The position numbers and the translations under genes are program-made. A DNA stretch of 32,000 bases, taken from NCBI GenBank assembly GCA_041649575.1, contig JBAZMW010000003.1:90001-122000 (forward strand), given 5' to 3'. The notes beneath the pieces are model-generated. The model was given only the letters and a program-made list of their open reading frames with translations, searched no databases and had not been told where the DNA came from. Shown here piece by piece: positions 24,893 to 32,000 of the stretch; within the stretch, counting starts at the first letter, position 1, and every line of letters begins with the position of its first letter. The DNA comes from Patescibacteria group bacterium. GTDB lineage: Bacteria > Patescibacteriota > Patescibacteriia > 2-01-FULL-39-33.

Positions 24893-25985
24893 TTATTTTT
24901 TAATTTTCTGCCGCAGGTAGCTTTCGACCAGTTCATTAATTTTGCCGGCCAAAACACCATCCACGTCGGCTGTTTCATAAGTGCTGCGGTGGTCTTTGAC
25001 CAGCTTATAGGGCTGTAAAACATAGGATCGCGCTTGATTACCCCATTGCGCTCGTAAATATTCGCCCTTTATTTCTTTAAGCTTGTCACTTTCCTGTTCG
25101 GTATAATATTTGAGCAACTTGGCCTTTAAAAGCTTGAGAGCATTATTTTTATTTTGAAGCTGCGAACGCTCGTTCTGACATTTTACGCTGAGGCCACTGG
25201 GCAAATGTGTAAGACGCACCGCCGAATCGGTGGTATTAACCGATTGGCCGCCGTGGCCAGAAGAACGCATCACCTCTACTTTTAAATCATCGTCCCTAAG
25301 GGGGATCTCTTTTATCTCTTCTATTTCCGGCAGAACTTCAACCAAGGCAAAAGAGGTGTGTCGCATCTTTTCGGCGTCAAAAGGAGAAATGCGCACCAGG
25401 CGGTGAACCCCGTTTTCGCTCTTCAGCCAACCATAGGCATAACGGCCAGCTACCTCCAAAACCACATTTTTTAAACCAGCTTCTGAACCAGCGACCTCGT
25501 CAATAATCTTGGCCGAAAAATTATGTCGCTCGCAAAATCTTAAATACATCCTTAGTAACATTTGAGCCCAATCTTGGGCGTCAACACCACCAGTGCCGGC
25601 ATGAATTGATAAAATAGCGTTATTTTTGTCGTACTGGCCGGCGAATAAAACCAAAAATTCCAGCTGCTTAAAATTATTTTCCAACTTCTCCAACTTAAGT
25701 CTAATCTCTTCCAGTAAAGCTTCGTCTTGTTTGGCTAATTTAACTAACTCTAAAAGCTCGTCTAACTCTTTTTTTAAGTCATGCCACTGATTAAATTCCG
25801 TTTTGGCATTATCGTAATCTTTGGTTAAGGCTTTGGCTTTGACTGATTCCAGCCAAAAATCCGGCCGGGCGATTTCTTTGTCCCAGGACAATAACTGTTG
25901 CTTTAAGCCATCCAAGTCAAAGCAACCTCCAAGACCCAGAGACCTGTTTTTGCAAATCTTTAATTTGAGAAATTAGCTCTTTCAT
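24893..25985 (-). CDS. prfB: Peptide chain release factor 2, requiring a programmed +1 frameshift at 25919
   Basis: ORF0 reads MKELISQIKDLQKQVSGSWRLL then TGA (ATG at 25985, CTT 25922-25920, TGA 25919-25917). The +1 frame continues DLDGLKQQLL... to the GGQ motif (SSGHGGQSVNTTDSAVR). Confidence 0.93.
25916..25930 (-). promoter_or_regulatory. RF2 autoregulatory frameshift site GGAGG-TTG-CTT-TGA-C
   Basis: Read directly on the reverse strand. The SD-like GGAGG (25930-25926) lies 3 nt before the slippery CTT TGA C, the same architecture as the E. coli prfB site. Confidence 0.9.
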
Positions 25986-25986
25986 T

Positions 25987-26346
25987 TTAGCGTAATTGTT
26001 TTAATTGGCTAAGTAGATCTAGGGTTCCCTGACCGCCACCTAAAAGTTCCTGATAGCTTTGATAAAAATTTTTAAATAGCGGCGGCAACCAAATGGCAGC
26101 AGCAATAATTGGTAAAATAACCACCATTATCCAAACAACGGAAATGACCGTCCGCCAAAACAGATAACGTCTGATTTTCTGAGTATCGGCATAAATCGCC
26201 TGGGAATATTTTAGATTATCTTTCAATAATTTTTCCAAGCTACTCTCCTGCTGTTTGACAAGGTATTCGGTGGCCTTGGCGTATTGAATGTCTTCTTCTA
26301 GCCGATTAAGAATATCCTGTTCTGGCATACTATTTAAATTATTCAT
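25987..26346 (-). CDS. Hypothetical single-pass membrane protein
   Basis: The ATG at 26346 (MNNLNSMPEQ...) is preferred over the TTG at 26373. One long hydrophobic span (ISVVWIMVVILPIIAAAIWLPPLF). Its stop is 1 nt before the prfB ATG. Confidence 0.5.
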   Translation of the reverse strand: MNNLNSMPEQDILNRLEEDIQYAKATEYLVKQQESSLEKLLKDNLKYSQAIYADTQKIRRYLFWRTVISVVWIMVVILPIIAAAIWLPPLFKNFYQSYQELLGGGQGTLDLLSQLKQLR

Positions 26347-26380
26347 TATACCTTTATCATAACAAATTATCAACTCTTTG

Positions 26381-27082
26381 TTAATTCGACCGTAAATAAC
26401 AACTTTTGACCTGCTGGCCGGCTAAACGCAAAAAATTATTTAATTCCTTGGGACTGAAGCTTTTTCCTTTAAAATCAGAGCCGACCAGCTTGTCCCGAAA
26501 AATAAAATTTTGTAAGTAGTATTTCTCTGCGCCTTTTATAGTCTTGAGCATTTTTTTAAAATCGCTCACCCGGTGCAGGCCTTTAACCAGTGTGCTACGA
26601 AACTCGTAGGGCAAACCGCTGGTTTTGATAATTTTAATACTGGCCGCTAGCTTAGTCGAGTCAACCTTTACGCCACAAAATCTTTCATAATCATCTAAAG
26701 GGCCCTTGATGTCCATGGCTAAATAATTAACTAATTTTTTGTCAATTAATTTTTTTAAGACTGCCGGCAAAAGCCCATTAGTATCAATTTTTATTTCATA
26801 ACCATCTTTTTTCAAACGACGACAAAAACCAAACAGGCCCCTCTGCATTAACGGTTCACCTCCCGTAATCACCACGCCGTCAAGATATTTTTTTCGATCG
26901 GATAAAAAATTAATCGTTTTTTTGACTGATCGCCTAGAATCTGCCTTGGCCAGCTCGGGCAAAACCAGCTCGGGATTATGACAAAAAGAGCAGCGCATAT
27001 TACAACCACTGGTAAATATAATCGCTGCCACTTTTTGCGGATAATCCAGTAGGGTGACTGGTTGTAACCCGCCAATAATCAT
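26381..27082 (-). CDS. nrdG: Anaerobic ribonucleotide reductase activating protein (radical SAM)
   Basis: CNMRCSFCHNPE (CxxxCxxC) and GGEPLMQ, adjacent to nrdD. Confidence 0.9.
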   Translation of the reverse strand: MIIGGLQPVTLLDYPQKVAAIIFTSGCNMRCSFCHNPELVLPELAKADSRRSVKKTINFLSDRKKYLDGVVITGGEPLMQRGLFGFCRRLKKDGYEIKIDTNGLLPAVLKKLIDKKLVNYLAMDIKGPLDDYERFCGVKVDSTKLAASIKIIKTSGLPYEFRSTLVKGLHRVSDFKKMLKTIKGAEKYYLQNFIFRDKLVGSDFKGKSFSPKELNNFLRLAGQQVKSCYLRSN

Positions 27083-27087
27083 AAATC

Positions 27088-27237
27088 TTAAATTTCGGAA
27101 CTGACCGCCCTAAACGGTTTGCGATCATCGTATTCCGATTGCTTGCCGGCATTCCAAGAATCAACCGGCCGCAAATAACCGACGACCCGGGAGTAAACCT
27201 CACAAGGCTGACGCCTTACCTTTTTGTCATCTTCCAT
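27088..27237 (-). CDS. 49-aa ORF encoding the detached C-terminal glycyl-radical segment of NrdD (below the ORF-track cutoff)
   Basis: Hand translation gives MEDDKKVRRQPCEVYSRVVGYLRPVDSWNAGKQSEYDDRKPFRAVSSEI*. RVVGY is the glycyl-radical motif and WNxGK the conserved NrdD C-terminal signature. Confidence 0.7.
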   Translation of the reverse strand: MEDDKKVRRQPCEVYSRVVGYLRPVDSWNAGKQSEYDDRKPFRAVSSEI

Positions 27238-27265
27238 ATTAAAAAGTTATTTTTATTAATATATC

Positions 27266-29311
27266 TTACAGAGGTAATTTTTCTTCTTGTTCCCGGATAA
27301 AACCGATTTCCTCATCACAAACAGGACAAAAACGATGTTCACCGGAAAGATAACCGTGTTTGGGACAAATAGAAAAAGTCGGTGTTAACGTGTAATAAGG
27401 CAAACGAAAATTTTCGGCGATTTTCCTCACCAGCTTTTTGGTACTTTCGATGTTTGGCATTTTTTCCGCCAAAAAACCGTGCACCACGGTGCCGCCAGTA
27501 TATTTGACCTGCAACGGGTCTTGTTTTTCCATCACTTCAAAAATGTCTTCGGAAAAATTAACGGGGAGGTGGGAGGAGTTGGTATAATAAGGCGCTGCTC
27601 CTTTTTCTCGATAAGCGTCTTCATTGGCCACCACTATATCTGGGTATAACTCTTTATCCTTCTTGGCAAAACGATAAGTGGCGCCTTCGGCTGGAGTGGC
27701 CTCCAAATTATACAGCTGGCCGTCTTCCTCTTGATATTTTGCTAAACGTTGCAGCATAAAATCCATGACTTTCAAGGCGAAGTCCTGGCCTTCAGGAGTG
27801 GAAAGCGGCCGATTTAAAAAGTTAATCATGGCTTCGTTCATACCGTTGATGCCGATGGTATTGAAATGGTTTTTCCAATACTCGCCAAACCTTTCCTTAA
27901 TCTCCTTAAGATAAAATTTACTATAAGGATAAAGCCCCTGCTCTGTAAAAGTTTCTAAAATATCGCGTTTTAATTTCAGGCTCTGACGCGCCAAATCCAT
28001 AGTCTGGCCGAGCCGGCTGAAAAAAGCGTCTTTGGTTTTTGATAAATAACCGATCCGCGGCAAATTAATAGTCACCACTCCTATTGAACCGGTCAAGGGA
28101 TTAGCGGCAAAAATTCCGCCGCCACGCTTTTTTAATTCACGATTATCCAATCGCAGGCGACAGCACATGCTGCGGGCATCTTCGGCTTTCATGTCAGAAT
28201 TCACAAAATTGGCAAAATAAGGTATGCCATACTTGGCGGTCATTTCCCAAACCGGATCCAGAACTTTATTTTCCCAGTTAAAATCTGCGGAAATATTATA
28301 AGTGGGAATCGGGAAAGTAAAAACACGGCCGTTAGCATCGCCTTCCAACATTACCTCGGCAAAAGCCTTATTAAGCATATCCATTTCCGGCTGGAACTCT
28401 TTGTAAGCTTCTCTTTGCGGCAAGCCACCAATAACTACCGACTCATTGGCCAGAGTGGTAGGACAAATTAAATCAAAAGTTAAATTAGTAAACGGCGTTT
28501 GAAAGCCAACCCGGGTGGGAACGCTCATATTAAAAACAAACTCCTGCATGGCTTGCTTAACCGCTTTTTCATCTAGATTGTCATAACGAATAAAAGGAGC
28601 GAGCAGAGTGTCAAAATTGGCCAAAGCCTGGGCCCCGGCAGCCTCGCCTTGTAAGGTATAAAAAAAGTTAACAATCTGACCCAGAGCAACCCTTAAGTGT
28701 TTAGCCGGCTTACTGTTTACCTTGCCATCAACACCGCCGAAACCCAACCGCAAGACGGCTTGCAAATCCCAACCACAGCAATAAACCGCTAAAATCTGCA
28801 AGTCATGAAGATGAATGCTGCCGTCAATGTGCGCTTCGCGAATCTCTTGAGGATAGATTTTATTAAGCCAATAGTGAGAGCTGACCGCCGAAGCCACGTG
28901 ATTATTCAATCCTTGCAAAGAATAGCTCATGTTGGCATTCTCTTTGACTCGCCAATCCAATTGTTTCAAATAGCCGTCGATAATATCATTGGAATCCAGC
29001 ATTTTTTTCATGTCTCTGAGCTGGGCATGCTGGGCTCGATAGATAATATAGGCTTTGGCAGCCTTGACCAGACCTTCTTTAATCAAAGTTTCCTCGACTA
29101 TATCCTGGATTTCCTCAATCGCCGGAATAGAACGGGGGTGAAACTTACTATTAAGAATTTGAACGGCTTTATCGGATAACTCAAGGGCTAGTTTTTCGTC
29201 GTCCCGACCAACTGCTTTCAGGGCCTTGTAAATCGCCTGGACGATTTTGTTCTGGTCAAAGTCAACAATACTGCCGTCTCGCTTTTTAACCTGTTTGATT
29301 TGGGTATCCAT
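27266..29311 (-). CDS. nrdD: Class III (anaerobic) ribonucleoside-triphosphate reductase large subunit, truncated before the glycyl-radical loop
   Basis: ATP-cone N terminus (VKKRDGSIVDFDQNKIVQAI), catalytic core (...SMCCRL...), and a terminus after the Zn-ribbon region (...CPKHGYLSGEHRFCPVCDEE...). Confidence 0.92.
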   Translation of the reverse strand: MDTQIKQVKKRDGSIVDFDQNKIVQAIYKALKAVGRDDEKLALELSDKAVQILNSKFHPRSIPAIEEIQDIVEETLIKEGLVKAAKAYIIYRAQHAQLRDMKKMLDSNDIIDGYLKQLDWRVKENANMSYSLQGLNNHVASAVSSHYWLNKIYPQEIREAHIDGSIHLHDLQILAVYCCGWDLQAVLRLGFGGVDGKVNSKPAKHLRVALGQIVNFFYTLQGEAAGAQALANFDTLLAPFIRYDNLDEKAVKQAMQEFVFNMSVPTRVGFQTPFTNLTFDLICPTTLANESVVIGGLPQREAYKEFQPEMDMLNKAFAEVMLEGDANGRVFTFPIPTYNISADFNWENKVLDPVWEMTAKYGIPYFANFVNSDMKAEDARSMCCRLRLDNRELKKRGGGIFAANPLTGSIGVVTINLPRIGYLSKTKDAFFSRLGQTMDLARQSLKLKRDILETFTEQGLYPYSKFYLKEIKERFGEYWKNHFNTIGINGMNEAMINFLNRPLSTPEGQDFALKVMDFMLQRLAKYQEEDGQLYNLEATPAEGATYRFAKKDKELYPDIVVANEDAYREKGAAPYYTNSSHLPVNFSEDIFEVMEKQDPLQVKYTGGTVVHGFLAEKMPNIESTKKLVRKIAENFRLPYYTLTPTFSICPKHGYLSGEHRFCPVCDEEIGFIREQEEKLPL

Positions 29312-29445
29312 GATAATTTAAAGCTATTTTAACCCTTAAATTACTTAAATTTAAAGAAAATAAAAATAGACCTAGAAACTTGGTTGTCACAAACTGTTAA
29401 AATTCAAGTCTTAGCTAGATCTATCGGAATCTACGGTTATTATTA

Positions 29446-29473
29446 ATTATAGCACTCCCAAAATGGCTGTCAA
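29446..29473 (-). promoter_or_regulatory. nrdD promoter TTGACA-16-TGC-TATAAT
   Basis: On the reverse strand the -35 is at 29473-29468 and the -10 at 29451-29446, preceded by TG. It lies about 130 nt upstream of the nrdD ATG. Confidence 0.55.
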
Positions 29474-29537
29474 AAAATTAATTTTATTAAACTTTTTAGA
29501 GATTTTTTCTAAGCAGCCGGGGGTTTTGTGGATAAAT

Positions 29538-30728
29538 TTATTTCATCTTTTTTCTGATAAAGGCCGGGATCTCCAGATCCTCCTCTTCCGAGGATAATTT
29601 GGGGCTGATTTTAACCGGTTGAGGGATTATTTTTGACTCCTCTTCTTTTTCTTTTTTGATATTTTGACTACCGCTCCGGCTTTTATCGATTGAAGCGTCT
29701 TCAATGTTTCTTTTAGAAAAAAGACGATTGACAGAGTAACGCGGCTCACTTAAAGAGATCTTTTTCGACTCTCTCGTTTCGCCAAAACCGGTAGCTACGA
29801 CAGTAATTTTTATCCGATCCTTTAGGGTTTCGTCAATTACCGAGCCAAAAATTATTTTTGCATTGGGATCGGCGCTTTCTGTAATAGTATTAGCAGCTTC
29901 ATTCACCTCACTCATGGTCAAACTGGGCCCGCCCATAATGATAAACAACACTCCTCTGGCGCCATCAATGGAGATGTCCAGAAGCGGCGACGAGATGGCC
30001 GACTTGGCCGCCGTGACTGCTCGATTTTCGCCGCTAGCCTCACCAATGCCCATCAGAGCCGAGCCAGCATCTTCCATAATGGCTTTGACATCCGCAAAAT
30101 CCACATTAATCAATCCTGGGATAGTAATCAGCTCCGAGATGCCCTGAACGCCTTGTCGCAAGACATCATCAGCCGCCTTAAAGGCGTCAAGCAAAGAGGT
30201 TTTTTTATCAATAATGTGAAGAATTTTATCGTTAGGAATAGTAATGATGGTGTCGACTTTATCCTTTAACTCCTGAAAGCCTCTTTCGGCAATTTCCGAC
30301 CTCTGAGCGCCTTCAAAAGAAAAGGGTTTGGTTACCACTGCCACCACTAAAGCACCCAATTCTCCGGCCACGCTGGCAATTATGGGCGAAGCGCCGGTGC
30401 CAGTGCCGCCGCCCAAACCACAGGTGATAAAAACCATGTCCGCGCCCTTGAGCAAATCACGAATATCGTTGATGCTTTCCTGGGCTGACTGCAAACCGAC
30501 ATCGGGGTTCATGCCGGCACCCAACCCTCTGGTGGTGGTTTGGCCGATGTGCAATTTATGTTTGGCGCTATTATGATGCAAAGCCTGGACATCGGTGTTG
30601 ACAGCTATAAACTCCACGCCCTTAATTTTAGAATCGATCATGCGATTAATCGCCGATCCACCAGATCCGCCAACTCCTATGACTTTGATTTTGGCAAAAG
30701 TTTCTATTTCTGGTCTTATCTCTGGCAT
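29538..30728 (-). CDS. ftsZ: Cell division GTPase FtsZ
   Basis: [13 protein letters not shown], the tubulin signature [10 protein letters not shown], and a C-terminal ...[10 protein letters not shown] peptide. Confidence 0.98.
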   Translation of the reverse strand: MPEIRPEIETFAKIKVIGVGGSGGSAINRMIDSKIKGVEFIAVNTDVQALHHNSAKHKLHIGQTTTRGLGAGMNPDVGLQSAQESINDIRDLLKGADMVFITCGLGGGTGTGASPIIASVAGELGALVVAVVTKPFSFEGAQRSEIAERGFQELKDKVDTIITIPNDKILHIIDKKTSLLDAFKAADDVLRQGVQGISELITIPGLINVDFADVKAIMEDAGSALMGIGEASGENRAVTAAKSAISSPLLDISIDGARGVLFIIMGGPSLTMSEVNEAANTITESADPNAKIIFGSVIDETLKDRIKITVVATGFGETRESKKISLSEPRYSVNRLFSKRNIEDASIDKSRSGSQNIKKEKEEESKIIPQPVKISPKLSSEEEDLEIPAFIRKKMK

Positions 30729-30773
30729 ATTTTTAAATTATTTGATTAAAAAAATTAATTTATTAAAACCTTC

Positions 30774-32000
30774 TTAAGGTAATAACGATTTAAACCATTC
30801 CCTTAAGTGGCTGCTGGCTTTATCCACGCTTTTGAAAGGGAAATGCGGCAGACTAAATTTGCCACTCTTTTGTAACTGGCTACCCCAGATAACCAAGCCC
30901 ACCGCTGTGGTAAAAGAAAGATCGCCAACTTTATCTAAATTAGAGATAATCCCTTGAGGATAGCCCAGCGAAGCCGGCAGCCGCAAAGCCTTTTTTGCCA
31001 ACTCCACCAAACCGTCTAATTTGGCGCCGCCGCCAGTCAAGACCACACCAGCTGGTAACATACCGGATTTACCTATTTTTTTTAGCTCTTTGTCTACCTT
31101 TTCCATAATCTCTTCAACTCGAGCCTCAATAACTTCGGCTACGTGCTTTTTGGAAAAGGCCCCCTCTTCAACCCCGCCGACATCCGAATATCTAGTCTCA
31201 TCTTGTTTGCGAAAGTTTTCTGGCAGACAGCTGCCCTCGCGAACTTTTATCCTCTCGGCTGTGTCAATAGAAATCCGCCGCTCAATGGCAATATCGCTGG
31301 TTATATATTCGGAACCGACCGGCAAAATCACCGTGTGTAAAACATCACCCTCTTCAAAAACCGCCAGGCTGGTGGTAGCACCGCCAATATTTACCACCGC
31401 CACCCCTAATTCTTTTTGACGATTGGTTAAAACGCTTTCCGAGTTGGCTAAAACCGCCAGGACCAGATCGTCGATATCTAAACCGGTGCGATAGATACAT
31501 TTGGTCAAATTTTTAATTTGAGCCGAAAGTCCTTGAATAATTTGAGCGTCAACCTCCAAACGAATTCCTGTCATGCCGATCGGATCTTTAATTCCAGTCT
31601 GCGAATCAACCGTAAAACTTCTGGGAATGACGTGTAGTATCTCATAATTTGGTGGCGTCGCCACAGCACGGGCCGCTTCTATTACCCGCTCTACGTCTTC
31701 GGGCCTTATTTCGCCATCGGTTTTAGAAACAGCCACCACTCCCTTGCTTTCCTGAGCAATAATATGGCTACCCGAAATACCCACCCAAGCATGCTCAACC
31801 GGCTGACCCACCATTCTCTCTATCCTTTCTAAAGACGAAGAAATGGAAGACACCGCATCCTCAACACTAACCACCACGCCCTTACTGATGCCTTGGGCCG
31901 GTATTTCAATAGCTCCGACTATTTTTATCTTATCGTTTTCTTTGGATTTTTGACCCACTGCTATTCTAATAGCCGTTGAGCCAATATCCAAGCCAGTTAT
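30774..32000 (-). CDS. ftsA: Cell division protein FtsA (5' end beyond the right edge)
   Basis: ...ITGLDIGSTAIRIAVG... is an actin-like ATPase phosphate-1 motif and ...VVLTGGGAKLDGL... also fits. The reading frame stays open to position 32000. Confidence 0.93.
   Translation of the reverse strand: MTGLDIGSTAIRIAVGQKSKENDKIKIVGAIEIPAQGISKGVVVSVEDAVSSISSSLERIERMVGQPVEHAWVGISGSHIIAQESKGVVAVSKTDGEIRPEDVERVIEAARAVATPPNYEILHVIPRSFTVDSQTGIKDPIGMTGIRLEVDAQIIQGLSAQIKNLTKCIYRTGLDIDDLVLAVLANSESVLTNRQKELGVAVVNIGGATTSLAVFEEGDVLHTVILPVGSEYITSDIAIERRISIDTAERIKVREGSCLPENFRKQDETRYSDVGGVEEGAFSKKHVAEVIEARVEEIMEKVDKELKKIGKSGMLPAGVVLTGGGAKLDGLVELAKKALRLPASLGYPQGIISNLDKVGDLSFTTAVGLVIWGSQLQKSGKFSLPHFPFKSVDKASSHLREWFKSLLP

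Noticed and set aside
27000-27203. 67-aa minus-strand ORF overlapping the nrdG start
   Set aside because: A different frame over the same DNA (27237-27088) carries the conserved NrdD glycyl-radical motif. The 67-aa frame also overlaps nrdG by 83 nt and resembles nothing I recognise.
1-32000. Search for CRISPR arrays, tRNA/rRNA genes, transposases or integrases, and long tandem repeats
   Set aside because: By eye I saw no regularly spaced direct repeats, no tRNA-like T-arm or acceptor patterns in the intergenic regions, and no recombinase-like ORFs. A dedicated tool scan would be needed to exclude small RNAs.

Overview
The window reads as a low-GC, small-genome bacterium of the Patescibacteria/CPR type. 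That assignment is inference. It rests on the lack of an L30 gene between S5 and L15, start sites that mostly lack a Shine-Dalgarno (SD) sequence, lysine/glutamate-rich extensions on several ribosomal proteins, and the presence of ComEC and a class III ribonucleotide reductase.

Nearly all genes lie on the minus strand. In transcription order (high to low coordinate) they are:
- ftsA (5' end outside the window), ftsZ
- nrdD, a separate 49-codon ORF carrying the NrdD glycyl-radical motif, nrdG
- a small membrane protein, then prfB with its programmed +1 frameshift
- comEC split into two overlapping ORFs
- a stand-alone receiver domain and a long adenylate-kinase paralog
- rpmB on the plus strand, convergent with the paralog
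- an M50 site-2 protease
- the str/S10/spc supercluster: rpsL-rpsG-fusA-[orphan Phd/YefM-like ORF]-tuf-rpsJ-[268-nt structured spacer]-rplC...rplO-secY-adk
- map and the first 26 codons of ruvX

The main anomaly is at 1034-2743. A block of about 1.7 kb and roughly 60% GC sits on the opposite strand between adk and map. It has a perfect consensus promoter, four tightly packed ORFs that I cannot place in any family, canonical AAGGAG ribosome-binding sites that the host genes lack, and its own GC-rich terminator.

Other notable points are the split NrdD, the split ComEC, a 357-aa adenylate-kinase paralog, terminator-like leaders before rplC, rpsL and nrdD, and a GC-rich nested palindromic element at 93-175. 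I saw no rRNA, tRNA, CRISPR array, transposase or integrase.
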